In this document: positions 44,034 through 54,298 of the stretch, piece after piece | Layout of the letters: each line of letters begins with the position of its first letter | Numbering within the stretch: position 1 is the first letter of the stretch | DNA from: an uncultured Granulosicoccaceae bacterium | Lineage (GTDB): Bacteria; Pseudomonadota; Gammaproteobacteria; CALCKW01 | NCBI GenBank assembly: GCA_937925815.1 | Contig: CALAMQ010000014.1 | Location: 2,169 to 66,168 of the forward strand | DNA: 64,000 nucleotides | Reading direction: 5' to 3' | The notes under the pieces: generated by a model | Database searches by the model: none | What the model was told of the DNA's origin: nothing | The model's input: the letters and a program-made list of their open reading frames with translations, nothing else | Translations under genes and position numbers: made by a program

Positions 44034-44405
44034 GCCAGTGGCGCCAAAGCGGTCATTGAGATAGGCGATGATGTCGTCGCTCTCGTAGAGCCAGCGGTCT
44101 TCCCCGTCTGACTGAATACGCAAGCATGGCACTTTGATGTCGCCGCCACCTTGAGCGAGTGCCTCGCGGTGCACGGGGTCATTGGCTGCGTCGCGCAATT
44201 CCATTGGCAGGTTCAGGCGGTGCAGCGTGCGGCGCACTTTCACGCAAAACGGGCACGCGCGAAATTGATAGAGGCTGAGCGCTTCAAGCGCTTGCTCGAC
44301 CTGCAACTGATCCGCGTCGGATCGGGCCACTGGCGATGGGCGTGTGGCCGCATCGCCCATCACAATGAGTTGGCCTAAGCCGTTGCGCAGTGCTTTGAGT
44401 AACAC
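44019..44405 (-). CDS. Glutaredoxin-family / GST-N-like thioredoxin-fold protein
   Basis: CPFC active site (LYQFRACPFCVKVRRTL) and a downstream cis-Pro region (KVPCL). The start is probably MGDAATRPS. Confidence 0.6.
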   Translation of the reverse strand: MLLKALRNGLGQLIVMGDAATRPSPVARSDADQLQVEQALEALSLYQFRACPFCVKVRRTLHRLNLPMELRDAANDPVHREALAQGGGDIKVPCLRIQSDGEDRWLYESDDIIAYLNDRFGATGSAAT

Positions 44406-44418
44406 GGTTGTCCTTGGT

Positions 44419-47067
44419 CTAAAAATTCAACGACAGGTCGCGGTGGTCCGCGGTGCAGCGTGCGATGTACAGCGCCTGGTCTCTCGGCAAGCGTTGCTGC
44501 TGCCGGATGCCTAGCGTATTTCGCATAGCGGCTTCATAGACCTCGAGCTCGGGCAACAGTTCAGCGGTTGCGCGCTCGCGCCACTCGAGCTGCTCTGCGT
44601 AGAGTGTGGTGGCGGTCTCAAATTGCTTGAGTGCTTTGTCGAGTTTGGGTGTGCGCTTTTTCATCTCGCTCGCAGTTTTGGACAACGCGGTTTTGATTCT
44701 TGACGCGCCTTCGACGTTGTTAAATTTCTTGGACAGGGCTTTGAGCGGGTCCACCAGACTCTTGGGGTCATCTGTCTCGACGATCAACGCCATGTTGTCG
44801 AGCTCATCTTTGAGTGCAACAAAGGCCTCTGTGCTCGAGAGTGTTTCGATCAAATCACTCACCGCCCCATAGCCTTTGTCGGCCGTTCGACGGTAGTTGT
44901 CGCGTGCTGAGGATTCGGATTTGAGCAGCGCTGAAAAGGTGCTGTGCTCATCTTCCCAATTGGCGGGTATGTCTGCTTCCAGAGCCGCCATCGATTGATC
45001 CAGAGCGTCTAAGCGTTCAGTTAAACGTGCTCTTTGAGCGTCGTTGTCAGCACGCGACAGCGCGGTGTCGAGCTCCTCGCGGCGTTCGGTGAGATCGCGC
45101 AAGTCTCGTTCGATGGCACGCACGCGCTGCTGGAGTGGCTGGTAGTTTGGCGCGGCGGCCAACACCGCGTCTGATGCGGCAAAGGCATCGTTGAGCGCAG
45201 TCCGTGCGGCGTCCACCGCGACCAAGCTCTTATCCAAATCAGCGCGCATACCTTTTGGCAAGTAGGAGGTGTCGATCAGCTGGGCGCGGGTTGCAGCCTC
45301 GTCGAGCAGTTCGCCGGATGCACCGTTGAGCTCGGTCAACATGTAGTCGTCCAAGCACATCTGCAATTTTGGGTTGCGTGGCGGCGGCGCGGTCTCGGAT
45401 GTGAGCGAGAGACGGTTCGGCAAGTAGTTAACCAACGCGGGGTAGTTGCCGACGATGGCGAGTGCCAAAAGCTGCAGACCAATGAACGGAATCACGCCTT
45501 TGTACATCTGCACAGTCTTGACCGACGGTGGCGCCACGCCACGCAAGTAGAATAGCGCAAAACCAAAAGGCGGCGTCAGGAACGAGGTCTGGATGTTGAG
45601 ACCGATCATGACACCGAGCCAGACGGCGGTGATGTTGGCACCGGGATCGGCCAGCAAGATGGGCGCGACAATTGGCACCACCACCACGGCGATCTCAATG
45701 AAATCGAGGAAAAAGCCGAGGAAGAAGATCACCGCCATGACGATAATGAACTTGATCCAGAACCCACCAGGCAGGCTGTTGAGGTAGTCGCGCACCAGAT
45801 CCTCACCACCAAACGCGCGAAACGCCGCGGTCAACATGGCGGCACCGAGCAGGATAATGAACACGAGAGACGTCGCTTTTGCGGTCTCGATCATGACGCC
45901 GTTTAAGGTGTCTTCAATGCGCGCAACGCGGAACCCACTCCACAGCAGCGCAATGATCAATCCACCCACTGCAATGGCCGCGAGCATCACGCCGAGTCTG
46001 TCGTGGTCGGTTTCGATGGCTTTGATGTTGATATCAAACTGGCTTTGGATCACCGCAATGCCGATCAGTGATGCCACTGCCAAGATCGCGGGCAAGTAGG
46101 TGCCTCGCCCGTCTGATATGCGGTAGCCGGCCATGAGCAAAGCGCCCGCGGCACCAATAGCACCGGCTTGGTTGACGGTGGCGATGCCGGAGATAATCGA
46201 ACCCAACACCAAAAAGATCAGTGTCAGAGGGGGCACCAGCGTGCCAGCGGCTTTGAGCCAGAAACGTCTATCGTATGCGCCGTCAAAACGGACAGACGGC
46301 GCGCTTTTGGGGCGCAGCATGCTGAAGATCAGGATGTAGGCCATGTACAGGCCAACCAGGACCAGGCCCGGCACCAAGGCGCCCAGAAACATTTCGCCTG
46401 CGCTGGTCGATGACACATCAAACGCCGACGGCATACTGATCTCGCCGGTGCTCGCTTTGTAGAGTTCTTTGCGTGCAGTGCTCGCTTGGTCGGTGGCGCT
46501 CGCGAGCTGGTCGGCGAGGATGATCAACACGATGGATGGCGGGATGATTTGGCCGAGTGTGCCAGACGCTGAAATGGTGCCGGTGGCAAGCGCTGGGGAG
46601 TAGTTGTTACGCAACATCACCGGCAGTGAAATCAGTCCCATCGCCACCACGGTGGCGCCGACGATACCGGTTGTGGCGGCGAGCAAAGCACCCACAAACA
46701 CCACCGAGATGCCGAGTCCGCCTGGCACTGGCCCGAACAATTGCGCCATGGTGACAAGCAAGTCTTCAGCGATTTTTGAGCGCTGCAGCATGATGCCCAT
46801 GAAAATAAACAACGGGATCGCGATCAGGGTGTCGCGCTCGACTTCCCAATAGATGCCTCGCAGGTTTGTCACCCCTGCACTGAGCCATTGCTTAGGACCG
46901 CCGTGGGTGAAGTAGGCGTCCATATTGCCGTCGAAGAGGTAGCCGCAAGCCGCGGCAATACCGATGGTGATGATGGCAGAACCTGGCAACGCAAAAGCCA
47001 CCGGGTAACCGGAACCAAGGGCTAGAGCGAGAAGGATGACCAGCAGGGCGAGAAAGACGAGTTCCAC
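44419..47067 (-). CDS. dctM: TRAP transporter large permease (DctM family) with a C-terminal extension of about 300 aa
   Basis: 882 aa. Residues 1 to about 575 form the polytopic DctM-like core. Residues from about 575 to 882 are hydrophilic, coiled-coil-rich, and have no TM segments. Confidence 0.8.
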   Translation of the reverse strand: MELVFLALLVILLALALGSGYPVAFALPGSAIITIGIAAACGYLFDGNMDAYFTHGGPKQWLSAGVTNLRGIYWEVERDTLIAIPLFIFMGIMLQRSKIAEDLLVTMAQLFGPVPGGLGISVVFVGALLAATTGIVGATVVAMGLISLPVMLRNNYSPALATGTISASGTLGQIIPPSIVLIILADQLASATDQASTARKELYKASTGEISMPSAFDVSSTSAGEMFLGALVPGLVLVGLYMAYILIFSMLRPKSAPSVRFDGAYDRRFWLKAAGTLVPPLTLIFLVLGSIISGIATVNQAGAIGAAGALLMAGYRISDGRGTYLPAILAVASLIGIAVIQSQFDINIKAIETDHDRLGVMLAAIAVGGLIIALLWSGFRVARIEDTLNGVMIETAKATSLVFIILLGAAMLTAAFRAFGGEDLVRDYLNSLPGGFWIKFIIVMAVIFFLGFFLDFIEIAVVVVPIVAPILLADPGANITAVWLGVMIGLNIQTSFLTPPFGFALFYLRGVAPPSVKTVQMYKGVIPFIGLQLLALAIVGNYPALVNYLPNRLSLTSETAPPPRNPKLQMCLDDYMLTELNGASGELLDEAATRAQLIDTSYLPKGMRADLDKSLVAVDAARTALNDAFAASDAVLAAAPNYQPLQQRVRAIERDLRDLTERREELDTALSRADNDAQRARLTERLDALDQSMAALEADIPANWEDEHSTFSALLKSESSARDNYRRTADKGYGAVSDLIETLSSTEAFVALKDELDNMALIVETDDPKSLVDPLKALSKKFNNVEGASRIKTALSKTASEMKKRTPKLDKALKQFETATTLYAEQLEWRERATAELLPELEVYEAAMRNTLGIRQQQRLPRDQALYIARCTADHRDLSLNF

Positions 47068-47089
47068 AGTGGCGATCTTCTATGTGATG

Positions 47090-48061
47090 TCAGTGAGCGG
47101 AGGCGGATGCAATGACGCGTGCGTCAGGGTCGCCACGGTAGTCGGCGGTAGCCTCGAGGAATTGGCTGACGAATTGGATCAGCATCGTGATCGCAAAAAC
47201 CCCGAGAAAACCTGCCATTAGGTACTTGGTGTACATGCCAAAGCCAGACTGCGAGACTTCAAAGTTGACCAGTGGCGAGTAGATGATGGCGGACTTGCTG
47301 CCGAATCCGTTTAGCAAGATGGTCCAGCACATGGCGCAACCCATGGCAGTGGCGCCGAGCGCATTGATAAACCCTTTGCCCTTGGGTGACATGCCTGCAT
47401 AAAAGACATCGACCCGGACGTGGCCGTCTGCGTAGAGCGTGTGCGCGCTGGCAAAGAGGAATAGGGCTGCGTACCAGAAGCGCACGAGGTCGCCCATGAA
47501 GGCTTGCTCGTAGGAGAAAATGAAGCGCGTGAACACGATTCCAAGCTCGGCCGCCACAATCAGCAGGGCCAGCCAGTGGAACGCGAGTCCACGGGTCACG
47601 CACGCGATCACAAAACCGAGAAACAACAGCGGCATGTGAATCTCTGGCCCGCGAAAGCGCGGTTTGCCGAGGTCGCGCGCGAGTTGCTCGCCAAAGAGTC
47701 CCTCGAGCAGGTCTTCGACTCGCAAGAATGAGATCACCATGTCGGCAAGGCCGATCAACAACACAGACCAAAAGAGCGCGCGGATCAGGTAGACGTTGAA
47801 TCGGTTGATGCGCTCAGCTTCGGTGCGCAATGTGATGTCTGGGCGTTTGCTGACCCACAGCCAGGCTGCGAGAAAGCCGATGGCGTAGAGCGCCAGCTGT
47901 GCAGTGCCAAGCAGTGTGGCGTCACCGGACAGCGCACTGGCCGGGCCCGGCAATTCATACCCGAGGGTCAAAACGGTGTTGACCAAGTAGACGAAAAGAG
48001 CGGCAAGCATGGCCCAGCCGAAGGTTCGGGCTAACTGGGCTGAAGTCGTGTTTTGCGCCAT
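47090..48061 (-). CDS. dctQ: TRAP transporter small permease (DctQ family) with an N-terminal TM extension
   Basis: 323 aa. The DctQ signature (…FLFASAHTLYADGHVRVDVFYAGMSP…) lies in the C-terminal half, preceded by about 150 aa of extra TM helices. Confidence 0.7.
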   Translation of the reverse strand: MAQNTTSAQLARTFGWAMLAALFVYLVNTVLTLGYELPGPASALSGDATLLGTAQLALYAIGFLAAWLWVSKRPDITLRTEAERINRFNVYLIRALFWSVLLIGLADMVISFLRVEDLLEGLFGEQLARDLGKPRFRGPEIHMPLLFLGFVIACVTRGLAFHWLALLIVAAELGIVFTRFIFSYEQAFMGDLVRFWYAALFLFASAHTLYADGHVRVDVFYAGMSPKGKGFINALGATAMGCAMCWTILLNGFGSKSAIIYSPLVNFEVSQSGFGMYTKYLMAGFLGVFAITMLIQFVSQFLEATADYRGDPDARVIASASAH

Positions 48062-48279
48062 GCGGATGGGTCCTCTGGGGCCGTGTAGTGCCTACTGTGG
48101 ACGTCGCGTTTACTTGTTGTTGAGAGGCCGCTTGTCCTTTGAGGGTGGTCGACGCCAGCGAAAATATGCCGCCAAAACGCGACGATCACTGGACGCCGCG
48201 AGCATCTCTTGGCGTGACGCGACAGGGCGAAAGCAGGGTAAGTGCTGGGTCAGGCTGTTGCCTGACCCAGCGTCCGTCG

Positions 48280-49380
48280 TTACTCGCCGAGTTCGAGTAC
48301 GCGGTTGCGTTGGTTGGTGAACGCAATGTCGCCGATGGCGAGGTAGTTACCCATTTCACGCAGTGCAGCTTGGAAGTCGTCGTTGACTTCAGCAGCCAAG
48401 GCGCTGTGGTCGCGGGTCTCTTCGAAGACCTCGGCCGCCGCTTCGCCGAAGGCGTCGTAGACGTCGTCGTTGAAGACCTTAACTTCCACGCCGTGGTCGT
48501 CGACCATGCGCTGCAGGTAAGAGCCGTTGTTGGCGAGGGCTTCTTCTGGCTGAGCCGCGTGTTCTTCCATACACGCTGCAGTGATAACCGCTTGCTCCCA
48601 GCTGGACAGGCCTTCCCACCACTCTTTGTTCATGCCGAACGCCAAACCACCACCTGGCTCGTGCATGCCCGCGCCGTAGTAGAACTTGGCAGCTTCGTAA
48701 AACTTCATGAAGTAGTCGTTGTACGGGCCAACCCACTCTGTGGCGTCGATTGCGCCCGAGACCAAGTTCTCGTAAATCTGGCCGCCTGGGAGTGACACGG
48801 TTGAGGCGCCAAGCTTCGCGAGGACGTCGCCACCGAGGCCTGGGATGCGCATTTTCAGGCCTTTGAAATCGTCTGCTTCGTTGATTTCTTTGTTGAACCA
48901 ACCGCCCATCTGGGTGCCGGTGGCGCCACATGGCAACGCTTTGAGGCCGAATTCACCTGAGACTTTGTCCCACAGTGCCTGGCCGTTTTTGAACTTGATC
49001 CACGCGTTCCATTCCCAGTTAGTCATGCCAAATGGGACTGATGTGAAGTACGCGAACGCTGGGTGCTTGCCGCGCCAGTAGTAGTCTGCAGCGATGTAAG
49101 CTTCACTGTTGCCGGCGGCCACTTCGTCAAAGGAATCGAAAGCACCAACGCGCTCGCCTGCGGCGAAGTAATTAGTCTTGATTTTGCCCTGCGAGAGCTC
49201 TGTGATGCGCGCTGCGAGGCGCTGTGCACTGACACCCAGGCCTGGGAAGTCGCGAGGCCAGGTGGAGACGATGGTCATCTCACGTACATCAGAGGCAATT
49301 GCTGGGGCACCGGCGATGACGCCACCGGCTGTTGCCGCGGCAATACCGCCTGTTTTGATAAAGTCTCTTCTTTTCATCAT
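48280..49380 (-). CDS. dctP: TRAP transporter substrate-binding protein (DctP family) with a Tat signal
   Basis: Trimmed to MMKRRDFIKTGGIAAATAGGVIAGAPAIAS, a twin-arginine signal, with AAGGA 5 nt upstream. The body has the DctP motif …ADYYWRGKHPAFAYFTSVPFGM…. Confidence 0.85.
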   Translation of the reverse strand: MMKRRDFIKTGGIAAATAGGVIAGAPAIASDVREMTIVSTWPRDFPGLGVSAQRLAARITELSQGKIKTNYFAAGERVGAFDSFDEVAAGNSEAYIAADYYWRGKHPAFAYFTSVPFGMTNWEWNAWIKFKNGQALWDKVSGEFGLKALPCGATGTQMGGWFNKEINEADDFKGLKMRIPGLGGDVLAKLGASTVSLPGGQIYENLVSGAIDATEWVGPYNDYFMKFYEAAKFYYGAGMHEPGGGLAFGMNKEWWEGLSSWEQAVITAACMEEHAAQPEEALANNGSYLQRMVDDHGVEVKVFNDDVYDAFGEAAAEVFEETRDHSALAAEVNDDFQAALREMGNYLAIGDIAFTNQRNRVLELGE

Positions 49381-49675
49381 GAAGTCCTTAGGAACTGGAT
49401 GGTTGATGGGCCCACGCGCCAAACGAACGGTCAACAGCACCGTTTAAGATCAGCGAGAGGCGTGGTCGACGCCAGGTCTTGGGCAGGCCGATTGAGGCAG
49501 GGCTGTTTGCAACACTCGCATGCATTCGGCGTGGGTGAAGCATACCACCGCGACTGGAAATTGTGCGTAACGTTGCAGGCACTTTGGTCGAAAAGTGCAT
49601 CATGGTTCAGATTTTGGCGCACGACCTAAGCCATAGTAAACAGGATGTCTGGCACTTTTTTGATCGGATCGATAT

Positions 49676-50539
49676 TTAGCGCGTTTCGATGCGTAGGCTG
49701 GGGAAGCCGTCGTCGATCTCGTCATCGCGTACAGACAAGCTTGGCAAGCTGCCAAGTCCACGCGCTGGGGTGTGCCATCTTTCGGCTGGGCTGTCGTCGA
49801 GTTCGCTCAGCGGGGTCGGTTGCGCATTAATTGTCGCGTCGGCGTCACTGGGGAGCGCGCTGCTGGGCTCGGGCGATGTGAGCGCGATGCTCGGGTAGCT
49901 CTCGACATCCTGCTCGCTGTCCCATGCGGGTCTCGACGATTCGATGACGGCTTCGGGAACGGCCGCCGTGAGCACAACCTTGGCGGTGGTAGATTTGGCC
50001 ATCGGTGTCGGCTGCAGTGGTAAAAATTCGTCGCCCGCATCCAACGCGTCTAGCAGCGCTGTATCAATGTTCTTGGTCCGCGATTTGACCGCCTCTTTAA
50101 AGGCCTCGACCTCTTCTGGAGTGGGTGACACTTCATGGTCGCCAGTCTCGTCTAGGGCACTCAGCGACGCTTGCTCTGGGGTGTCGGGGTCAATCAGATC
50201 TGGGCGTGCTGCCTCGTCGAGCACTTTGGGTTGTACCGCGCGGCCGGTGTTGTGGATCACCTGCACGGCGCGGTCATCCCAGAGCTCGATCATTTGAAAG
50301 TCTTTGACGTTCGTTACGCGCAGATCGGGCAGTCCATGCAGTTTCAGCCAGCGCTTGATGGGTGGAATCAGACGGGGCTCAGTGGCTCGGGCGGTGAAAA
50401 TGCGAACTTCCCGCCCCTCGGCGATCCAGCCTTCGACGCGCTTGACCATGGCGGGAATCGGCAGGCCAATTGAATCCGGCCCGCGCCAATGGTCGAAATG
50501 CGCGAGCGTTCCATCGAGATCAACACCAATCCAGCCAGC
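49676..50539 (-). CDS. HAD-like phosphatase domain protein with a long acidic, Pro/Ser/Thr-rich C-terminal tail
   Basis: N-terminus MAGWIGVDLDGTLAHF (DxDGT HAD motif I) …RIFTARA. About 120 aa are structured, followed by about 170 aa of low-complexity D/E/P/S/T-rich sequence. Confidence 0.55.
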   Translation of the reverse strand, partial: AGWIGVDLDGTLAHFDHWRGPDSIGLPIPAMVKRVEGWIAEGREVRIFTARATEPRLIPPIKRWLKLHGLPDLRVTNVKDFQMIELWDDRAVQVIHNTGRAVQPKVLDEAARPDLIDPDTPEQASLSALDETGDHEVSPTPEEVEAFKEAVKSRTKNIDTALLDALDAGDEFLPLQPTPMAKSTTAKVVLTAAVPEAVIESSRPAWDSEQDVESYPSIALTSPEPSSALPSDADATINAQPTPLSELDDSPAERWHTPARGLGSLPSLSVRDDEIDDGFPSLRIETR

Positions 50540-50707
50540 CATGAGAGTCCCAAATATCCAATGTGGACAAAAATCAGCGGGTCGCGCCAGTTGCACACAT
50601 CCGCCAGCAAAGGTGGGCAGCCTAAGGCAGGCGCGGTGCCCGAACAGGCGACCGTTTCACATTTGTGACGTTTTCAGCCCGGTACGGGCTCTATCGGCCT
50701 GATGGGC

Positions 50708-51445
50708 TCAGATCTCAAGCGTGCTTTGCGAGCTATCGGGGGTCATGTTGTGCTCTTCGTTGTCATAGAAGTCCAAAATCGCCTCAACCACCTCGGCTGG
50801 GTCTTCCACGACACGGAAAAGGTCCATGTCTTCGGGGCTGATTGTGCCCTGGCTCACCATGGTGTTCTCAAACCAGCTGATCAGACCAGACCAGAACTCT
50901 CCGCCCATCAGGATGATCGGGATCTTCCGGCTCTTGCCGGTCTGCACCAGCGTTAAAATTTCAGCGAATTCATCCAAAGTACCAAAGCCGCCTGGCATAA
51001 CGACGTAGGCCGAGGCGTATTTTACAAACATCACCTTGCGCGCGAAGAAGTACCGAAAGGTCAGCGAAATGTCCTGGTAGCCGTTGCCGCCCTGTTCGTG
51101 CGGCAACTCAATATTGAGACCAATCGACTCTGACTTGCCGGCTTTGGCACCCTTGTTGGCCGCTTCCATGATGCCCGGCCCACCGCCGCTGACAACCGCA
51201 AAGCCTGCGTCAGAGAGCCGCCGTGAGAGGTCTTCAGTGAGGGCGTAGTAAGGGTGTTCAGGGGCGAATCGCGCCGAGCCGAAAATACTCACAGATGGGC
51301 GCACTGCGGCGAGCTTTTGAAAGCCGTCGACGAACTCCGCCATGATTTTGAATATCTTCCAACCGTCGCGGTTGAGCATGGCCTCTACGGCTTGCTCGCT
51401 GCGTGGGCCGGGCACTGGCCTTTTGGGTGAATCGCTCACGGACAC
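50708..51445 (-). CDS. LOG family protein (TIGR00730; cytokinin riboside 5'-monophosphate phosphoribohydrolase-like)
   Basis: Motifs GGGPGIMEAANKGA and PGGFGTLDE. Confidence 0.8.
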   Translation of the reverse strand: MSVSDSPKRPVPGPRSEQAVEAMLNRDGWKIFKIMAEFVDGFQKLAAVRPSVSIFGSARFAPEHPYYALTEDLSRRLSDAGFAVVSGGGPGIMEAANKGAKAGKSESIGLNIELPHEQGGNGYQDISLTFRYFFARKVMFVKYASAYVVMPGGFGTLDEFAEILTLVQTGKSRKIPIILMGGEFWSGLISWFENTMVSQGTISPEDMDLFRVVEDPAEVVEAILDFYDNEEHNMTPDSSQSTLEI

Positions 51446-51577
51446 TCCTTTTGCGGTGGCTTGGCCCGGCTGGCCGGGCTCTTCGCAATGGTATGCTTGA
51501 CGCAGTACAAAGTGTACTGCGGCGCGCAGCCCCTGAACCGCCCGTTGCGCTTGTTGGCCACCGTCTGGATACGCCCC

Positions 51578-54298
51578 ATGCCTGATACGCCCCTCGTCCT
51601 GGTCGACGGATCATCCTATTTGTTCCGTGCGTTCCATGCCTTGCCTCCACTAACCAACTCCACGGGACAGCCCACGGGCGCCATCCACGGGGTAATCAAT
51701 ATGCTCAAGAACCTGCGAGAGCGGTATCAGCCAGAGCAGTTCGTGGTTGTGTTCGACGCACCGGGCAAAACCTTCAGGGACGACATTTACCCCGAGTACA
51801 AAGCCAACCGACCGCCAATGCCAGACGACCTCCGCAGCCAAATCGAACCGCTGCACGCGCTGATACGGGCGCAGGGCTTGCCGCTTATTGCAATAACCGG
51901 TGTTGAGGCTGACGACGTGATCGGCACCATGGCGCTCGAGGCCAGCAATGCTGGCAAGACCGTTGTGATCTCCACCGGAGACAAAGACCTCGCGCAGCTC
52001 GTGAACGACCGGGTCAGCCTGATCAACACCATGACTGACACGGTCATGGACCACGACGGCGTTGTCGCAAAATTTGGTGTGCCACCCGAGCGCATCATCG
52101 ACTACCTCGCGCTCGTTGGTGACAAGGTGGACAACATTCCAGGCGTTCCCGGTTGCGGGCCGAAAACCGCGGTCAAGTGGCTAACCGAGTACGGCAATCT
52201 CGATGCTGTCATGGCGTCCAGCGCCGAGATCAAGGGCAAGATTGGCGAGCGCTTGCGCGACGCGCTCGACACTCTGCCGCTCTCGCGTGAACTTGCGACC
52301 ATCAAACTCGATGTCGATCACGGCCTGACCGAGGCTGAACTCAGCCCCAGTGCGCCCGACACTGACAATTTGCGCACGCTCTACACCGAGCTTGAAATGA
52401 AAACCGCGCTCAAGAACCTCGGCGCCGCTCAGGATGTGGGTGAAGTGGCAGCGTCCAGCGCGCCCCCCGCCCCTGAAGCCGCTGAGGTTGCAGTGCGCTA
52501 CGCAGTAATCAGCACTGAGGCCGATCTAGCGAAGTGGGTCAAAAAAATCAAAATGGTGCCGTTCTTTGCTTTTGACACCGAGACCACCAGTCTCGACTAC
52601 ATGGCGGCTGAATTGGTGGGCGTGTCGGTAGCAGTTGCGCCAGGGCTGGCGGCGTACATTCCTGTGGCTCACAGCTACGAGGGTGCGCCGCAACAGCTTG
52701 CGCTTGAAATTGTGCTCGACGCGCTGAAGCCTGTGCTCGAAGACCCGGCCCGTTGCGTTGTGGGTCAGAACCTCAAATACGACATGAGTGTGCTCGCCAA
52801 GTACGGTGTCGCTGTCACGGCGCGCTTGCACGACACCATGTTGCAGAGTTATGTGCTTGACGCTGCGGGCTCTCGCCATGACATGGACACCTTGGCGCAA
52901 AAACACCTTGGCCACACCTGTGTCAAATTTGAAGACATTGCGGGCAAGGGAAAATCGCAGCTTACATTTGATCAGATCGAGCTCGTGGCGGCGGCACATT
53001 ACGCAGCCGAGGACGCCGACATCACGCTGCGTCTGCATCAGACGCTGTGGCCGCAACTCGAAGCGGAGCCGGTTCTGCGCACTATTTATGAAGAGCTTGA
53101 GTTGCCGCTGGTGCCAGTGTTGTCACACGTTGAACGCAACGGTGTGCAGCTTGACGTTGACATGCTCGGTGAGCAGAGCGCCGAACTTGAACGCGCGATG
53201 GGTGAGACTGAACAAAAAGCACACGATGAAGCTGGCAAGGTGTTCAACCTGTCTTCGCCAAAGCAAATCCAGCAGATCTTCTTTGAAGAGCAAGGTTTGC
53301 CGGTTATCCGCAAAACCCCCAAGGGCCAGCCATCCACTGCCGAGGACGTGCTCGAGCAATTGGCGGCTGATTACGACTTGCCACGACTCATCTTGCAATA
53401 CCGCAGTTTGAGTAAGCTCAAGTCCACCTACACCGACAAATTGCCGTTGCAAGTCAGCCAGTCCACTGGGCGGGTGCACACCAGCTACCACCAAGCGGTC
53501 GCGGCAACCGGTCGGTTGTCATCCACTGATCCGAACTTGCAAAACATACCCGTGCGCAGTGCGGAAGGCCGGCGCATTCGTGAGGCTTTTGTGGCGAGCC
53601 CGGGCAATAAAATACTCGCCGCCGACTACTCGCAGATTGAGTTGCGGATCATGGCGCATTTGTCTGGAGACAGCGGCTTGTTGAACGCGTTTTCCAATGA
53701 CCTCGATGTCCACCGCGCGACCGCGAGCGAAGTCTATGACACGCCACTTGAGGACGTCTCATCAGACCAGCGTCGCTCGGCCAAGGCGGTGAATTTTGGC
53801 CTGATCTACGGTATGAGCGCCTTCGGTCTTGCGCGTCAGCTCGGCATCAGCCGGACCGAGGCGCAGCTGACCATTGACCGCTATTTTGACCGCTACCCCG
53901 GCGTCAAACGCTACATGGACGAGACCCGCACGCGGGCGCACGAAGAGGGCTATGTCGAAACGGTCTTTGGCCGGCGACTCTATCTACACGAAATTCATTC
54001 GCGCAACGCGCAGATGCGCGCCTACGCCGAGCGCACCGCGATCAATGCCCCCATGCAAGGCACCGCAGCCGATATCATCAAGAAGGCCATGGTGTCAGTG
54101 CACGCTTGGCTTATCCAGGGCGATCTCGATGCCCGCATGATCATGCAGGTGCACGATGAACTCGTGTTTGATGTTGCTGCACCGGATGTTGAGCGCTTAT
54201 CAGCAGGGGTCGTTGAGCGCATGGCGAGTGTCGCGGAGCTCGCCGTGCCGCTGGTTGTGGACACAGGGGTTGGTGACAGCTGGGAACAGGCGCACTGA
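51578..54298 (+). CDS. polA: DNA polymerase I
   Basis: Trimmed to MPDTPLVLVDGSSYLFRAFHALPPL, the 5'-3' exonuclease N-terminus. Followed by the 3'-5' exonuclease and polymerase domains, ending …QVHDELVFDV…EQAH. Confidence 0.95.
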   Translation: MPDTPLVLVDGSSYLFRAFHALPPLTNSTGQPTGAIHGVINMLKNLRERYQPEQFVVVFDAPGKTFRDDIYPEYKANRPPMPDDLRSQIEPLHALIRAQGLPLIAITGVEADDVIGTMALEASNAGKTVVISTGDKDLAQLVNDRVSLINTMTDTVMDHDGVVAKFGVPPERIIDYLALVGDKVDNIPGVPGCGPKTAVKWLTEYGNLDAVMASSAEIKGKIGERLRDALDTLPLSRELATIKLDVDHGLTEAELSPSAPDTDNLRTLYTELEMKTALKNLGAAQDVGEVAASSAPPAPEAAEVAVRYAVISTEADLAKWVKKIKMVPFFAFDTETTSLDYMAAELVGVSVAVAPGLAAYIPVAHSYEGAPQQLALEIVLDALKPVLEDPARCVVGQNLKYDMSVLAKYGVAVTARLHDTMLQSYVLDAAGSRHDMDTLAQKHLGHTCVKFEDIAGKGKSQLTFDQIELVAAAHYAAEDADITLRLHQTLWPQLEAEPVLRTIYEELELPLVPVLSHVERNGVQLDVDMLGEQSAELERAMGETEQKAHDEAGKVFNLSSPKQIQQIFFEEQGLPVIRKTPKGQPSTAEDVLEQLAADYDLPRLILQYRSLSKLKSTYTDKLPLQVSQSTGRVHTSYHQAVAATGRLSSTDPNLQNIPVRSAEGRRIREAFVASPGNKILAADYSQIELRIMAHLSGDSGLLNAFSNDLDVHRATASEVYDTPLEDVSSDQRRSAKAVNFGLIYGMSAFGLARQLGISRTEAQLTIDRYFDRYPGVKRYMDETRTRAHEEGYVETVFGRRLYLHEIHSRNAQMRAYAERTAINAPMQGTAADIIKKAMVSVHAWLIQGDLDARMIMQVHDELVFDVAAPDVERLSAGVVERMASVAELAVPLVVDTGVGDSWEQAH

